Assembly (NCBI GenBank): GCA_963668645.2
Contig: CAXXWC010000021.1
Location: 640,001-704,000 of the forward strand
DNA: 64,000 bases
Reading direction: 5' to 3'
Source: Desulfobacterales bacterium
Lineage (GTDB): Bacteria > Desulfobacterota > Desulfobacteria > Desulfobacterales > UBA2174
Each line of letters begins with the position of its first letter. The stretch's first letter is position 1. The position numbers and the translations under genes are program-made. Below are positions 9,217-24,200 of this stretch, piece by piece. A model generated the notes under the pieces. That model was not told the origin of the DNA and searched no databases. It saw only the letters and a list, made by a program, of their open reading frames with translations.

Positions 9217-12200
9217 TCAGAGAATGGTCTGGATCGTCACGCTCAGATCCAGGCCGATCATCAGGGTGGCCCCCTCGCAGGTATAGCTGTGATAGCCTGT
9301 GGCGGAGTCGATGCCCCCATCGCTCCAGGTGCCGTCGGCAACGCTCACCGAATCACCGCTGTCGCCGTCCACGAACAGTTCATTGCCGTCGTCGGTCACG
9401 TCGAGCACATCCCCCAGGCCCAATGTCAGGTGGTTGTCCCCGGTGCCGGTCATATCGATCTTTTCGATGTCTTCGACCTGGTTGCCGGCCATCTGGGTCA
9501 GATCCAGGTCGTTGTCGATTCCAAGGGTGTCCTCGCCGCCGCCGCCGTCGATGCGGAAAAAGCCGGCATCCTCCACCAGGATGGAGTCGTCGCCCGCCCC
9601 GCCGTAAAGCACGTCGGCTCCGCCGCCGGAGATGAGGGTGTCGTCTCCCTGGCCCCCGATCAGGATCTCGCCGGCTGCGGTGCCGGTGAGGGTGTCGTTT
9701 CCATCCGTACCCAACCGGTCCACGCTCGATGTATAATCTCCGCCGCAGACGATATAAGACGTTCCAGAACCGTCACCGCCATCGTCGGCCTGGTACGCAC
9801 CGACGAGCAGATCGGCGAATCCGTCCCCGTTCACGTCTCCGGCCGACGAAACCGACCACCCGGCATAATCGCTTGCCGCACTTCCGTAGAGTTTGAATCC
9901 CCCTGTTCCGCCGGCCACATCGGACAGGTCGATGGCCGATGAAGGTGCATCGGCGGATCCGTAGACCAGATAGGCGGCTCCGGTGTCGGTACCTCCGGCA
10001 TCATTCCTGTAAGCCCCGATGAGCAGATCGTCGTAACCGTCCCCGTTGACATCCCCGGCAGACGAGACCGAGTATCCGGCATAGTCGGAACCTGCCTCGC
10101 CGATGATCTTGAACCCGTATTCGTTGTTGTCGGCAGCCACGTCGTCCATGTTGATCGCAGTATCGTATCCGCCTTGCCTGCCGTAGATCACGTAAGCGGC
10201 CCCGGCGTAGGAACCACCGGCATCATTCCCGTAAGCCCCGATGAGCAGATCGTCATACCCGTCCCCGTTCGCGTCCCCGGCAGACGAGACCGAATACCCG
10301 GCATAGTCGGAAGATATCTCGCCGATGATCTTGAACCCGTATCCGTTGTTGCCGACAGCCACGTCGGCCAGGTTGATCGCGGCATCGTATCCCCCCTGCC
10401 TGCCGTAGATCACGTAAGCGGCCCCGGCGTTGGAACCACCGGCATCATTCTGATAAACGCCGACGATCAGATCGTCGTACCCGTCACCGTTCACGTCCCC
10501 GGCTAGGGACACGGAAATACCGGCGTAATCGGAATAGTTTTCGCCATAAATCTCGAACCCGCCGGTGCCGATATCGGAAAGATCCACATCCGAGGCCTCG
10601 TCCCCCGCACTGCCATAGATCACAAAGGCCGATCCGCTGTTGGTAGTCCCCGTATCGTGATAAGGGGCACCCACGATCAGATCGGCGTATCCATCGCCGT
10701 TGATGTCCCCGGCCGCGGAGACGCAACGGCCTGCGTAGTCGGAAACACCGGTTATGGTGAAACCGTTCACCGCAGGGTCGAGAGCACTCAGGTCCACGGC
10801 TCCCCCATCGGCATTGCCGTAAACCACATAGGCCGTTGCCACATTTGACCCCACGATCACGTCCCCGATGCCGTCGCCGTTTACATCCCCGGCCGCGGAC
10901 ACCGAATATCCCGCCTGATCGCCACTGGAATCCCCATACATCTTGAACCCACCGATACCCGAAGCCACCTCCCCGAGGTCGATGGGCCCCTCGGTTCCCC
11001 CGAAAATCACGTACGCGGCTCCGGCGTTGCTTCCACCATCATCGTCGTATGTGGCCCCCACAATCACATCGTCCAGCCCGTCGCCGTTGACATCCCCGGC
11101 CCAGGCAACTGAGTACCCGGCCCGATCGCTGCTGTCCTCCCCGATGATCTTCTGCCCCACCAGCCCGAGGTTTTCCGAAACAGGCGCATCGTTATCGTCG
11201 ATCACGGCCAGACCGCCACCCTCCGTGGAGACGCCGAGGATCGCTTGGCCGACTTCCAGAGAAAAGGTTTCCTCGACTTCGAACCCGCTGTCATCCACAA
11301 TGGGCACCTGAACCTGGACCGAAATCTGCCCGGCCTCGATGGTAATTCTGCCGAAAACCGCGGTATAATCCACCCCGGCCGTGGCCGTGCCGTCGGCGGT
11401 GGCGTAGTCCAGGGTCAGATCGAAATCCAGGGCCTGATCCAGACTGATGATGAACTGCGCGAAGGTTCCATTTTCAGCCACGAGGGGGTCTGAAACCGTA
11501 ATCACCGGGGCAGCGGACTGGCAGGCGATATCCGTATCCACCAGCACCAGGGCCGCACCGAAAGTGTACTGATTGAAGCTGCCGCTTTCGTCGACCACGG
11601 AAATCGGGTCTCCCCAGTCTCCCAGCATGACCAGGCGATCGCCATCATCTCCAAAAATCCGGATGGTGCCATCGATGTCGTTGATGTGTGCCACGGCTTG
11701 CGCGGCAAGAACCAGGGTATTTGCCCCGGTGCCGGTGAGATCGAACACCTCGATATTGTTAAGCTGGTTGTTCGATGCCGTCAGACTGAGCGTCGCCCCT
11801 GCACCGGTCAATGACAGAGTATCCTGGCCGGTGCCGCCGTCGATACGCCGGAATCCGCCGTCCGTGAGTTCGATCACGTCGTCGCCCGCCCCGCCGTAGA
11901 GCAGATCGGCACCACCGCCGGAGATCAGCGTGTCGTCTCCCTGGCCCCCGATCAGGCTCTCGTCGGCTGCGGTGCCGGTGAGGGTGTCGTTTTCATCCGT
12001 GCCCAACAGGTCCACGCTCAATGTAAAATTGCCGCCATAGACGATATAGGCCGTGCCGGAACTATTGCCGTTGTCATCATCCTGGGGGACCCCGACCAGC
12101 AGGTCATCAAACCCGTCGCCGTCGACATCCCCGGCCGACGAGACGGACCACCCGGCATAATCTCCGGAAGATTCCCCGACGAGCTTGAAGCCGCCTTTTC

Positions 12201-15200
12201 CTTTTGCCACGTCGGCCAGATCCACGGAAGACGCGTACCCTTGGCCAGAACCGTAGACCACATAGGCGGCGCCTGCGTCGGAACCGCCGGCATCATTCAG
12301 ATAAGCGCCGACAATTACATCGTCGTACCCGTCCCCGTTGACATCCCCGGCAGACGAGACCGAGTATCCGGCATAGTCATAATTTGCCTCGCCGATGATC
12401 TTGAATCCGTATTCATTGTTGTCGGCAGCCACATCAGCCAAATCGATCGCGGCATCGTATCCGCCTTGCCTGCCGTAGATCACATAGGCGGCCCCCATGT
12501 TGGAAGAACTGCTGCCACCGTTATCATTCTGATAAGCCCCGACAATCAGGTCGTCGTACCCGTCGCCGTTGATGTCGCCGGCAGACGAGACCGAGTACCC
12601 GGCATAGTCGGAAGATGTCTCGCCGATGATCTTGAACCCGTATCCGTTGTTGCCGGCAGCCACGTCGGCCAGGTTGATCGCAGCATCGTATCCACCCTGC
12701 CTGCCGTAAATCACATAGGCGGCTCCTGCGTTGGAGCCACCGGCATCATTCTGATAAGCCCCGACGATCAGATCGTCGTATCCGTCACCGTTCACGTCCC
12801 CGACCCCGGATACGGCATAGCCGGCGTAATCGGAATAGTTTTCGCCATAAATCTCGAACCCGTCAGTGCCGATATCGGAAAGATCCACATCCGAGGCCTC
12901 GTCCACCGGCTTGCCGTAGATGACAAAAACCGATCCGCTACTGGAAGATCCCGTATCGTGATAAGGGGCACCCACGATCAGATCGGCGTATCCATCGCCG
13001 TTGATGTCCCCGGCCGCAGAGACCGATCGTCCGGCCTGGTCTGCAGAGTAACCGGTTATCGTAAACCCGTCCGTTGCTGGATCCAGGGTGTCCAGGTCCA
13101 CCGCCCCCCCGTCAGCCCTGCCGTAGACCACATAGGCGACTCCGCAACTCGATCCGGCATCGTCATTGTAAGGCGCCCCCACGATCACGTCCCCGATGCC
13201 GTCGCCGTTCACATCCCCGGCCGCGGACACCGAGTAGCCGGCTTGATCACTATTGAGATCTCCGAACATCCAGAACCCGCCCGTACCCGCAACCACGTCA
13301 CTCAGGTCGATCGTTTCGTCGCTGCCGCTGAAAATAACATAGGCGGCGCCGGTATTGACCTGTGCGTCATCATCACCGTAAATGGCCCCCACGATCACAT
13401 CATCCAGCCCGTCCCCGTTCACATCCCCGGCCGCGGCAACCGAATATCCCGCCTGGTCCGAGCCTTCCACACCGACAAGCTTCTGCCCGATCTCTGCCAG
13501 GCTCTCAGCCGCCATGGCCTCCTGATCGGATATTTCGGTTTCCACCAGGACCTGAAAGCTGCCGATGGTGTACTGATCATAGGTTCCGCTATCGATGGTC
13601 ACGGTTGTCGATTCGCCCCAGTTTCCATAAAGGAGAATCCGGTCATCGGCATCGCCGGTGATCCTGAGGATCCCCCCATCCAGCTCCATGCTTGCCAGGG
13701 ATTCCGAGGAAAGACAGATCGTGTTCGCACCGGTGCCCGAGATATCGAAGGTCTCGACATGGGTGATCAGGAGCGCAGCGGTCAGGTCGAGCCGGTTTCC
13801 CGCGCCATTGAGCACAAGGGTATCCTCCCCGCTTCCCCCGTCCACGCGGAAAAACCCGACATCCTCCACCAGGATGGAATCATTGCCGGCCCCGCCGTAG
13901 AGCACGTCAGCCCCGCCGCCGGAGATGAGGGTATCGTCTCCCTGGCCCCCGATGAGTCTCTCGCCGGCCGCAGTACCGCTGAGGGTGTCGTTGCCCGCCG
14001 TTCCCTGCTGGTCCACGTCCTGGTTGTAGTCCCCGCCGTAGAAGATGTAGGCCGCACCGGCATCGGTGCCGCCCTCATCGTCATAGGGCACGCCGATGAT
14101 CAGGTCTGCAAACCCGTCGCCGTTCACATCTCCGGCAGCGGATACCGAGTAGCCGGCCTCACCGGAGGCGGTATCGCCAAAGAGCTTGAATCCACCGGTT
14201 CCAGCAGCGACGTCAGCCAGATTCACCGTTGCGTCGTAGCCCCCGCTATTGCCGTAGACCACATAAACGGCACCGGCATCGGTCCCCCCGTCATTGTCGT
14301 CCAGATATGCCCCCACCAGCAGGTCGTCATATCCATCGCCGTTGATGTCGCCGACCATGGAAACCGAAAATCCGGCATTGCCGGAACCCGACTCACCGAC
14401 GATCTTGAACCCGTATTCATTGTTGTCGGCAGCCACATCATCCAGGTTCACATTGGCATCGTAGCCGCCAGCCCTGCCGTAGATCACATAGACGGCGCCG
14501 GCCGATGAACCACCGGCATCGTTGCCGCTAGCCCCCACCAGAATATCCGCATATCCGTCGCCGTTGATGTCGCCGGCTCCAGAGACCGAATATCCGGCAT
14601 GGTCGGAACCGGTTTCTCCGATAATCTTGAAGCCGTAATCATATGAAGTGCTCGCCACATAAGACAGGCTCAGGCTGCTTAAGTTTTCGCTCGTGCCGTA
14701 AACCACATAGGCGGTACCGGAGCTATCACCGCCGTCGTCGTCATACGGCGCCCCGATGATAATATCGTCCAGGCCGTCTCCGTTCACATCTCCTGCGGCG
14801 GCAACCGTACAGCCGGCATAGTCGGAGCTGCTTTCACCAATAATCTTAAATCCCCTGTCACCGATAGAGGAAAGATCGAGATCTGCAATATCCGTTCCGG
14901 ACTGGCCGTAGATCAGATACACGGAACCTTCGTTGCTGGCTCCCACGATCAGGTCGACATACCCGTCGCCGTTGAAATCTCCGGCCGATGATACGGCATA
15001 CCCGGCATAATCAGAGGAGCTGTCTCCGATAATATGGAACCCATTGGCCCCGAGGTCGTTCAGATCCAGGGCCGTGTCATACCCGTCTTCCCTGCCGTAG
15101 ACCACATAGGCCGAACCGGAACTGGAACCGCCGTCATCATTATACGGCGCCCCCACGAGGAGATCATCGAGCCCGTCCCCGTTCACGTCCCCGGCCGAGG

Positions 15201-18200
15201 AAACCGAAGATCCCGCCTGATCGTAGTTGTAATCCCCATACATCTTGAACCCGCCGATACCCGAAGCCACCTCCCCGAGGTCGATGGGCCCGTCCGTGCC
15301 GCCGTAGACCACGTAGGCGGCTCCGGCGTTGCTTCCACCATCATCGTCGTATGTGGCCCCCACAATCACATCGTCCAGCCCGTCCCCGTTCACATCCCCG
15401 GCCGCGGCAACCGAGTACCCGGCCTGATCGCTGCCGTCCTCCCCGATGATCTTCTGCCCCACCAGTCCGAGATTTTCCGAGGTGGGCGAGTCGTTATCGC
15501 CGATGATGGCCAAGCCGGTATCTTCTGCGGAGACGCCGAGAACAGATGTGCCGATTTGCAAGGAAAAAGTCTCATTGCCTTCGAAGAGGTCGTCGTCCGC
15601 CACGGCCACCTCGATCAGGGCCGAGGTCTGCCCGGCCTCGAAGGTCAGGCTGCCCCAGACCGCTGTATAATCCTCTCCGGCCGTGGCCGTGCCGTCGGCG
15701 GTGGCGTAGTCCAGGGTCAGATCGAAATCCAGGGCCTCATTGAGGGTAATGGTGAACTGCACGAGGGTTCCATCTTCACTCACGAAAGGATCTGAAACCG
15801 TGAAAACCGGTTCGACTGCCCGGGAGGCGATCTCCGATTCCACCTGCACCACGGTGGTTCCGATGGTGTACTGATCGAAGGTGCCGCTTTCATCGGTTAC
15901 CGAGACCGGATCTCCCCACTCTCCCAGCAAGGTCACCTGGTCGTCGCCATCCCCGATGATCCGGATGGTTTGGCTCGAATCGTTGATGCGGACGATGGAT
16001 TGCGCGGCAATGACCAGGCTGTTGGCGCCGGTTCCGGAGATGTCGAAGGTTTCGATATTGTTGATCTGATTGTTGGATACCGTTAAAAAGAGGGCGGTTC
16101 CCCCGCTGCCAAAGGCAAGGGTGTCCTGGCCCGTGCCGCCGTCGATGCGCAAAAAGTCGCAGTCCGCGATTTCGATCCGGTCGTTTCCGGCCCCGCCGTA
16201 GAGCACGTCGGCCCCACCGCCGGAAATCAGCGTGTCGTCGCCTAGGCCGCCCACCAGGCTCTCGTCGGCTGCGGTGCCGGTGAGGGTGTCGTCTTCATCC
16301 GTGCCCAACCGGTTCACGCTTGCCGTGTAATTGCCGCCATAAACGATATAAGCCGTACCGGAACCGCTTCCGCCATCGTCGGCCTGGTACGCGCCGACGA
16401 GCAGATCGGCGAACCCGTCCCCGTTCACGTCTCCGGCCGATGAAACAGACCATCCGGCATAATCGCTTGCCGCATTTCCGTAGAGTTTGAATCCCCCGGT
16501 TCCGCCGGCCACATCGGACAGGTCGATGGCCGCCGATGAAGGTGCATCGGCGGATCCGTAGACCAGATAGGCGGCTCCGGTGTCGGTACCTCCGGCATCA
16601 TTCCTGTAAGCCCCGATGAGCAGGTCGTCGTAACCGTCCCCGTTGACATCCCCGGCAGACGAGACCGAGTATCCGGCATAGTCGGAACCTGCCTCGCCGA
16701 TGATCTTGAACCCGTATTCGTTGTTGCCGGCAGCCACGTCGTCCATGTTGATCGCAGTATCGTATCCGCCTTGCCTGCCGTAAATCACGTAAGCGGCCCC
16801 GGCGTAGGAACCACCGGCATCATTCCCGTAAGCCCCGACAATCAGGTCGTCGTACCCGTCACCGTTGATGTCCCCGGCAGACGAGACCGAGTATCCGGCA
16901 TAGTCGTAACTTACTTCGCCGATGATCTTGAACCCGTATCCGTTGTTGCCGGCAGCCACGTCGTCCAGGTTGATCGCGGCATCGTATCCCCCCTGCCTGC
17001 CGTAGATCACGTAAGCGGCCCCGGCGTAGGTACCCCCGGCATCATTCTGATAAGCGCCGACGATCAGATCGTCGTACCCGTCACCGTTCACGTCCCCGGC
17101 CGAAGACACGGACCAGCCGGCATAATCGGAGCTGTTTTCGCCATAAATCTCGAACCCGCCGGTGCCGATATCGGAAAGATCCACATCCGAGGCTTCGTCC
17201 CCCGCACTGCCATAAATCACAAAGGCCGACCCGCTGTTGGAAGTCCCCGTATCGTGGTATGGGGCCCCCACGATCAGATCGGCGTATCCATCGCCGTTGA
17301 TGTCCCCGGCCGCGGAGACGCAACGGCCTGCGTAGTCGGAAACACCGGTTATGGTGAAACCGTTCACCGCAGGGTCGAGAGCACTCAGGTCCACGGAACT
17401 CCCATCGGCATTGCCGTAAACCACATAGGCCGTTGCCGCATTTGACCCCACGATCATGTCCCCGATGCCGTCGCCGTTTACATCCCCGGCCGCGGACACC
17501 GAATATCCCGCCTGATCGCCACTGGAATCCCCATACATCTTGAACCCACCGATACCCGAAGCCACCTCCCCGAGGTCGATGGGCCCCTCGGTTCCCCCGA
17601 AAATCACGTACGCGGCTCCCGTATTCAGATCCGCATCATCGTCACCCGCAATGGCCCCCACCAGGATGTCGTCCAGCCCGTCGCCGTTCACGTCTCCGAT
17701 ACTCGAAACAGAGTATCCTGCCTGATCGGACGCCTCCTCGCCGATGATTTTCTGCCCGACAAAGCCGAGATCTTCGCTCACAGGCGCATCGTTATCCACG
17801 ATTCGTGCCGTGGCGTCGCCGATGTCGATATACGAGGCCCCGCTCAGCACGACCGAAAAGGATTCTCCCTGCTCGAAAGCCGCATCTTCGGAAATAACCA
17901 CCTGGAAGGTCTTGCTCGTCTCTCCGGGAGCAAAGACCAGCGACCCGGCGGCTGCGACATAGTCCTCTGCGGCAGTGGCGGTTCCATCCATGGTGCCATA
18001 GCCCAGGGTAAGGGTGAACGCCAGGGCCTGGGCCAGGGTGACCGTGAATTCGGCGATTCCGCCCTCCGTGACCGTAGCGTTGGAGACCGTCACCACCGGT
18101 GTGACTGTCTGCACGCAAATCCCTGTCTCGACCAGAACCTGCATCTCACCGTATGTATAGCTTGAATAGGTGACCTCGCCCTCGACGACCGGGTCTTGCG

Positions 18201-21200
18201 ACAGGTCCCATTGGCCCAGAAGGATGACCGTGTCATCGTCATCGCCGGAGACATACAGCGGGATGTTGGCATCGTTCATGGCGCCGGCGCTGCCCGGCGA
18301 CACGACCAGGGTGTGGTTGCCCGGTGCCGACAGATCGATCTTTTCGATGCGCTGGATATTCGTCCCGGCCGCGTTCAGGTCCAGGGTCATGGCCGCGCCG
18401 GTCAGGGCGAGGGTGTCCTGCCCGGTGCCGCCGTCGATACGCTGGAAATCATCGTCCGGTATCTCGATGCGGTCATCCCCGGCCCCGCCGTAAAGCACGT
18501 CGGCCCCTCCGCCCGAGACCAGGATGTCATCCCCGCAGTTGCCGATGAGCTGTTCGGCTTCTAAAGTCCCGGTTAGGGTTTCGCCGGCAACGTCCGAGGC
18601 GTGAGCCGTAACCGTGCCCAAAAAATCCCCCCCGTACAACAGGTCGCTGCCGATGAGCACGTCGTTGAAGCCGTCCCCGTCCACATCCCCGACGCCCACG
18701 GGTTCGCAATAGCTGTCGCCCCCGGTGAGCTGGATCCCGTATTCGCTCATGTGAGCCAGGTCGATGTCTTCCCAGCCGTCGGCCCGGCCAAAAATCAGAT
18801 AGGCATCCCCGCCTTCATCCGCTCCATTGGAGGCAAGCGAGGAGCTGATGATGAAGTCGTCATAGCCGTCGCCGTTCACGTCCCCCAACCCGGCAAGGTA
18901 TTCTCCGGCATGTTCGAAATCACTGGCCCCGGTCAGCTTGAATCCGCCATCTCGGAGATTTTCGAGATCCAGATCGGACCAGCCGCCGGATCGCCCGAAA
19001 ACCACGTAGGCGGCCCCGTCCTGGTACCAGGTATGGCTGGCACTCGTATAGGAGGCGTTGACCAGGAAGTCATCGATCCCGTCGCCGTTGATGTCCCCGA
19101 TGGCTTCGACCTGTTCGCCGGCCCGGGCGGAAGCGACCGTACCGGCAAGACAGATCATCCGGGAAGGGTCGTTGAAATCGGTGACATCGAAATCGGTCCA
19201 TGATTCCTGCGGCCCGCCGAAAATCAGGTAAACGCCGCCGGCGTAGCTGTTCAGACTCGGCGCGCTGATGACAAAATCGTCGTACCCGTCCGCGTTTACA
19301 TCGCCCACGGCCGTCAGGTCGGAATCTTCCGCACGGCTGATCCCGGAAATGGTCACGGACTGATCGCCGAGTCCGTCCAGATCGCTGTTGGACCAGCCGT
19401 CCGAAGTGCCGAGAATCAGGACGACATCGGTGCCGTCGTTGATGAGGATATCGTCGATGCCGTCGCCGTTCACGTCCCCGGCCCCGGATATTACAGAACC
19501 GATATTGGCGCTCTGATCGCTGCCGGTGATGATGACATCCGATTCGGCCAGAGAGGTGCCGGTCCAGGTTTCCGTGCCGAAGTTGAGGTAGACCCGGCCC
19601 TCTTCGCTGTAGTCTACTGTAGGGTAAGTGCCCCGATAAGAGACGCCGGGCGTGACCGTAACGCTGTAGTTACAGGCCCCCACCAGGATATCGACCAAGC
19701 CGTCGCCGTTGACGTCCCCCAGGGCCGTAACCGAAGACCCGGCGTACTCCCCCTGGGAATTGTCACCGGTCACGGCCGTGACCTGGGAGTAGTCGTCAGG
19801 ATCATAGGTGCGATCGGCCCAGTTGCCTCCGGTCAGCCCGACCCCGAGGGCATCGTCGTCCAGGCTGGTCAGGTCTACGTCGCTTATGCCGCCGGACGAC
19901 CCGAAAATCACATAACTCTCACCGACGGATCGTGAAAACGATCTTGTCTCACCAGTGCTGATTGTCACGGACATGGTCGCGGATCCTGTGTCCGGATACC
20001 CGAAGATCAGATCGTCGAACCCGTCCCCGTTCACATCCCCGGCGGCAGCCACAGCGGTCCAGGAACCGGCCACGGCATCCTGCTCGATCCGGATACCTTC
20101 CGGTGCATTGTCCAGGTCGATGGTGGCACCCTGATACAGGATCTTCCAGCCTTCCACCGTCACCGTGATGTCGGCGTCAACCCAGACTTCGATCCCCTCC
20201 AGGGCATAACGCACATAGTCTCCATCCGTGCCGAGCACGGCCCAGGGGCCCTCCAGGGTAACGCTGTCCCGGTTGTCGCCGTCCACGTACAGCTTGGTCC
20301 CGTTGTACCCGTATAGCTGGCGCCCGAGCAGGGACATGACCTCGTCGTAGTTCGCCTCCAGGCAGTTGCCGGCATTGAAGGTCCCCACGCCCAGGTCGAT
20401 GCGCTCGAAGCCGATCATCCGGGTGCCCGCATAGCCGGAAAAATCAAGGGTCAGATCTCCGCCGTCCAGCCGCAGGGTGTCGCTGCCCGTGCCGCCGTCC
20501 ACCAGGATGAAATCCAGGTTGGAAACGCCGATGATGTCGTCGCCCGCCCCCCCGCTCAGGATGTCTTCCCCGCCCAGTCCCACCAGGGTGTCATCGCCCC
20601 CCTGACCGGCCAGTTTGTCAGACGCGTAGCTGCCCAGGACGATGTCCGCCGAGTCGGAACCCACGCCCACCACGGCCTCGCTGTAGTCTCCGCCCCTGAG
20701 CAGAAACGCCGAACCGCTCTGATAACCGTCCTGGTGATTGTATGGCGACCCCATGAGAATGTCCGTTATACCGTCACCGTCAAAATCACCGGCTGCGCAG
20801 ATCCCGGTTCCCAGTTTCTCGTTGGCGAATCCGCCGGTGATCTCGAGCCCGTCCTCCCCGATCTTGGCCACGTCGAAATCTTCCCATCCGTCCGCCTTGC
20901 CGTAGACCACGAACACTGCCCCGGCGTCGGTGTCGCTGTCGTCGTTGACGGGCATGGAGATCATGAAGTCGTCGTACCCGTCGCCGTCGATGTCTCCGAT
21001 ACCGGTCACCTGGTTCGCGCTTGATGTGCTCAGGGAAAGGGAATTGGTGATCTGGATGCCCTGATCTCCCAGGTCGGAAAGATTCATGTCGCTGATGTCG
21101 GCCGAGCCGAAGATCAGATATGCGTTCCAATAGGATGAACTCGATGAGCGCAGTTGGGAAACGATCAGGTCGTCATATCCGTCTCCATTCACGTCGCCCA

Positions 21201-24200
21201 CGGAAGAAACGTACTGGCCGGCCTGCTGATCCCCGCCCGAAGTCCCGGCGATTTCAATGACCTGCTGCCCGGATGAAAGGTAAAAATCGTTCCAGTCGTC
21301 TCCATTGCCGAGGACCAGGTACACGGTTCCGTCCCGGTCACTGGTATCGTCGTAATACTTGCCGCTGGAATAGTACCGGTCCGTGGAACGCGGCGCCCCC
21401 ACCAGAAAATCCGCGTACCCGTCCCCGTTGATGTCTCCGGCGGCCGAGACGCTGTAACCGGCCCAGTCCCAGGTGTCGCCTCTCATGGTCACGACCTGAC
21501 CGCTGGTGTTGTCGTTCAGTGAAATGTCCGTCCATCCGTCTTGCTGGCCGTAGACCAGATAGGTCAGGCCCCGCTGATTGGTGGAATTGTCATCCGTTGT
21601 AGTCATGTCGCCGCCGATGACCAGGTCGTCGTATCCGTCCCCGTTCACGTCGCCCACCCCGGCTATGTGCATCCTGTCGTTAGTGAACGCGAAACCGTTG
21701 ATGACAATCCCGTTGTCCCCGAGGTCGTTCAGGTCCAGGTCGGTCCAGCCCCCGGCCTTGCCGAAGATCAGGGCGGCCTGGTCGTCGGTGCCGAACTGGA
21801 TGAGAAAATCGTCGTATCCGTCCCCGTTCACATCCCCGGCCGATTGGACAGTGTCCGTATAGCGGGCTGTCGGCCCGCCGGTAATGGTCACGCCTCCTGT
21901 GCCGAGGTCGTCCAGATCGATCTCACCGAACCCGGTCTCCCGGCCGAAGATCAGCCAGGAAGTTTTGGCCCCGTAAGCGCTGACCAGGATATCGTCCAGG
22001 CCGTCCCCGTCCACATCCCCGAGACCGGCCACGGCGCAACCGGCATATTCATTGATGCCCGAGTTGATCAGGGTCAGTCCGGCCTGTTCGCCCACGCCGA
22101 ACTCCGAGATCTGGTCGGTGGGGTTGGTGTAGTAGAAGCGGATGCCCGCCGTGTAGACTACGGTGGCCTGGCCATCTTCGGAAATCACCGTCTTGTAAGT
22201 GGTGTCGCCGATGATCCGGTCTTCGCCCTCGGTCCACTCTCCTTGCAGGTAGAGGTAATCCCTGGTTTCACCGGACACGACCAGTTCGTTGTCGCTGTCC
22301 GTGGCCGCGATGACGTCTTCGGCGCTCAGGGTCAGGCTGTTGGTGATGCCGGTGGTCCTGAGCATGGTGATCTCTTCGATGTCGGTCAGGGCCGTAGCTG
22401 GCAGGAGGGTGGTGTCCAGGGAGGTGGATTCCCTTGAGATGTCCACCACGTCGTAGCCTTCTCCACCGTCGATCTGGGTAAAATTGGTGCTGTCCAGAAC
22501 GATGATGTCGTCCCCCCCGGCCGAGACCGCGGATCCGGCTTCCGGTACTGTCAGCTCATCGTCGCCATCGGTGCCGAAAACGGTCACGCCGCCCAGTTCG
22601 TTGGTCACGACGATCGTGGACGCGGCCGAGACCTCCACGGACGCCTCATTCAGAGTCAGGACGTAATAATCGACTCCGTCATGGGTAGCCGTTCCCTGGC
22701 TCACCCAGGACCCGAACAGGTTGACCACATCGTCCCCGTCCCCATGGATGATCAGACTGCCCGCGTCCGATGCCCCCATGACCGCATCCTCGTCAGCGGT
22801 CAATTCATTGGCGCCCGTACCGGTCAGATCGATCTTTTCGATTCCCAGAATCCGGTTCCCGGCATCCTCTGTCAGGTCGATATGCTCGCCGGCCCCATCC
22901 ACCCGCAGGGTATCGGTGCCCGTGCCCCCGTCGAAACGGCTGTCCGCGGCATCGTAGACCAAAACGTCGTCACCCGCGCCGCCGTCCAGGACATGATCGC
23001 CCGTTCCGCCGGTCAAGGTGTCGTCACCTTCTTCACCCCGGATGACGTGGTCTCCGGTGCTGTCGGAAAGGGTATCGGCCCCGTCCGTGCCGTGGATAAC
23101 CGAAGCGATGGTCACTTCCGGAGCCACCAGCACGGTGGCCTCCCCCGAAACATACCGGAAATTGCCGTCCCCGTCCGTGCCGTCAGCGGTCCATGTACCG
23201 TCCAGATTGACGATGTCTCCGCCGTCCCCCCGGACCTCCAGGGTCCCGGTATCGCTCATGGCCAGGACATCCACCTCACCCAGAATCAGACGGTTGTCTC
23301 CGGTGCCGGTCAGGTCGATGATCTCGATGCCGGTGAACACGTCATCGGCCGTTTCCGGCAGGTCGATGATCGTCCCGGCGCCGTCCACCCGCAGGGTATC
23401 CGTGCCCGTACCGCCGTCCACCAGGTGGTCTGCTTCGTCATACACCAGGGTGTCGTTGCCCGTACCGCCGTGCAGTTCGTCCACCCCCCTGGCGCCGTCC
23501 AGGATATCGTCCCCCCCAAGACCGCTGACGATATCGGCCCCTTCCCCGCCGGTGAGGGTGTCATCTCCTTCTGTCCCCATGACCACCTGGCCCAGGGCCA
23601 CATCCAGATCCACCAGGACGCGGTTCTCCCCGGACTCGTAGACATCGTAAGTGACCCCGTCGACCTTTTCCGTACCGTGGGCTGTCCATTGCCCGCCAAA
23701 GGTCACCGAATCGCCGGTATCGCCCTTCACGATCAGCAGCCCATCGAAGATCGCCTCCACCGCTTCGGGCGAAACGATCACCGCATTGTCACCGGTGCCG
23801 GTCAGATCGATGATTTCGATGCCGGTGACCTGGCCGTCGGAAAAATCGTCGGTGTCCAGGATCTGCCCGCTACCGGACAACCGCAATGTATCCGTTCCGG
23901 TGCCGCCGTCGATGAGCACATCGTCTGCATCAAAGACAATGACATCGTCCCCGTCCCCGCCATATATGCTGTCCGCACCGCCGCCGCCGTCCAGGGTGTC
24001 GTTGCCTTCCAGTCCGCTCACCGTTTCGGCCGCAGTGCCGCCGGTGAGCACATCTTTGCCCTCGGTGCCGATCACGAGAATGGAAACGCTCACGTCGGGC
24101 GCCACCCGGACCACGGTTTCATCCTGTTCGTAGCAGGTGTATTCCGTGCCGCCGATGGTTTCGGTCCCGGCCGTGTCCCAGGGACCGTAAAGGATGAGAC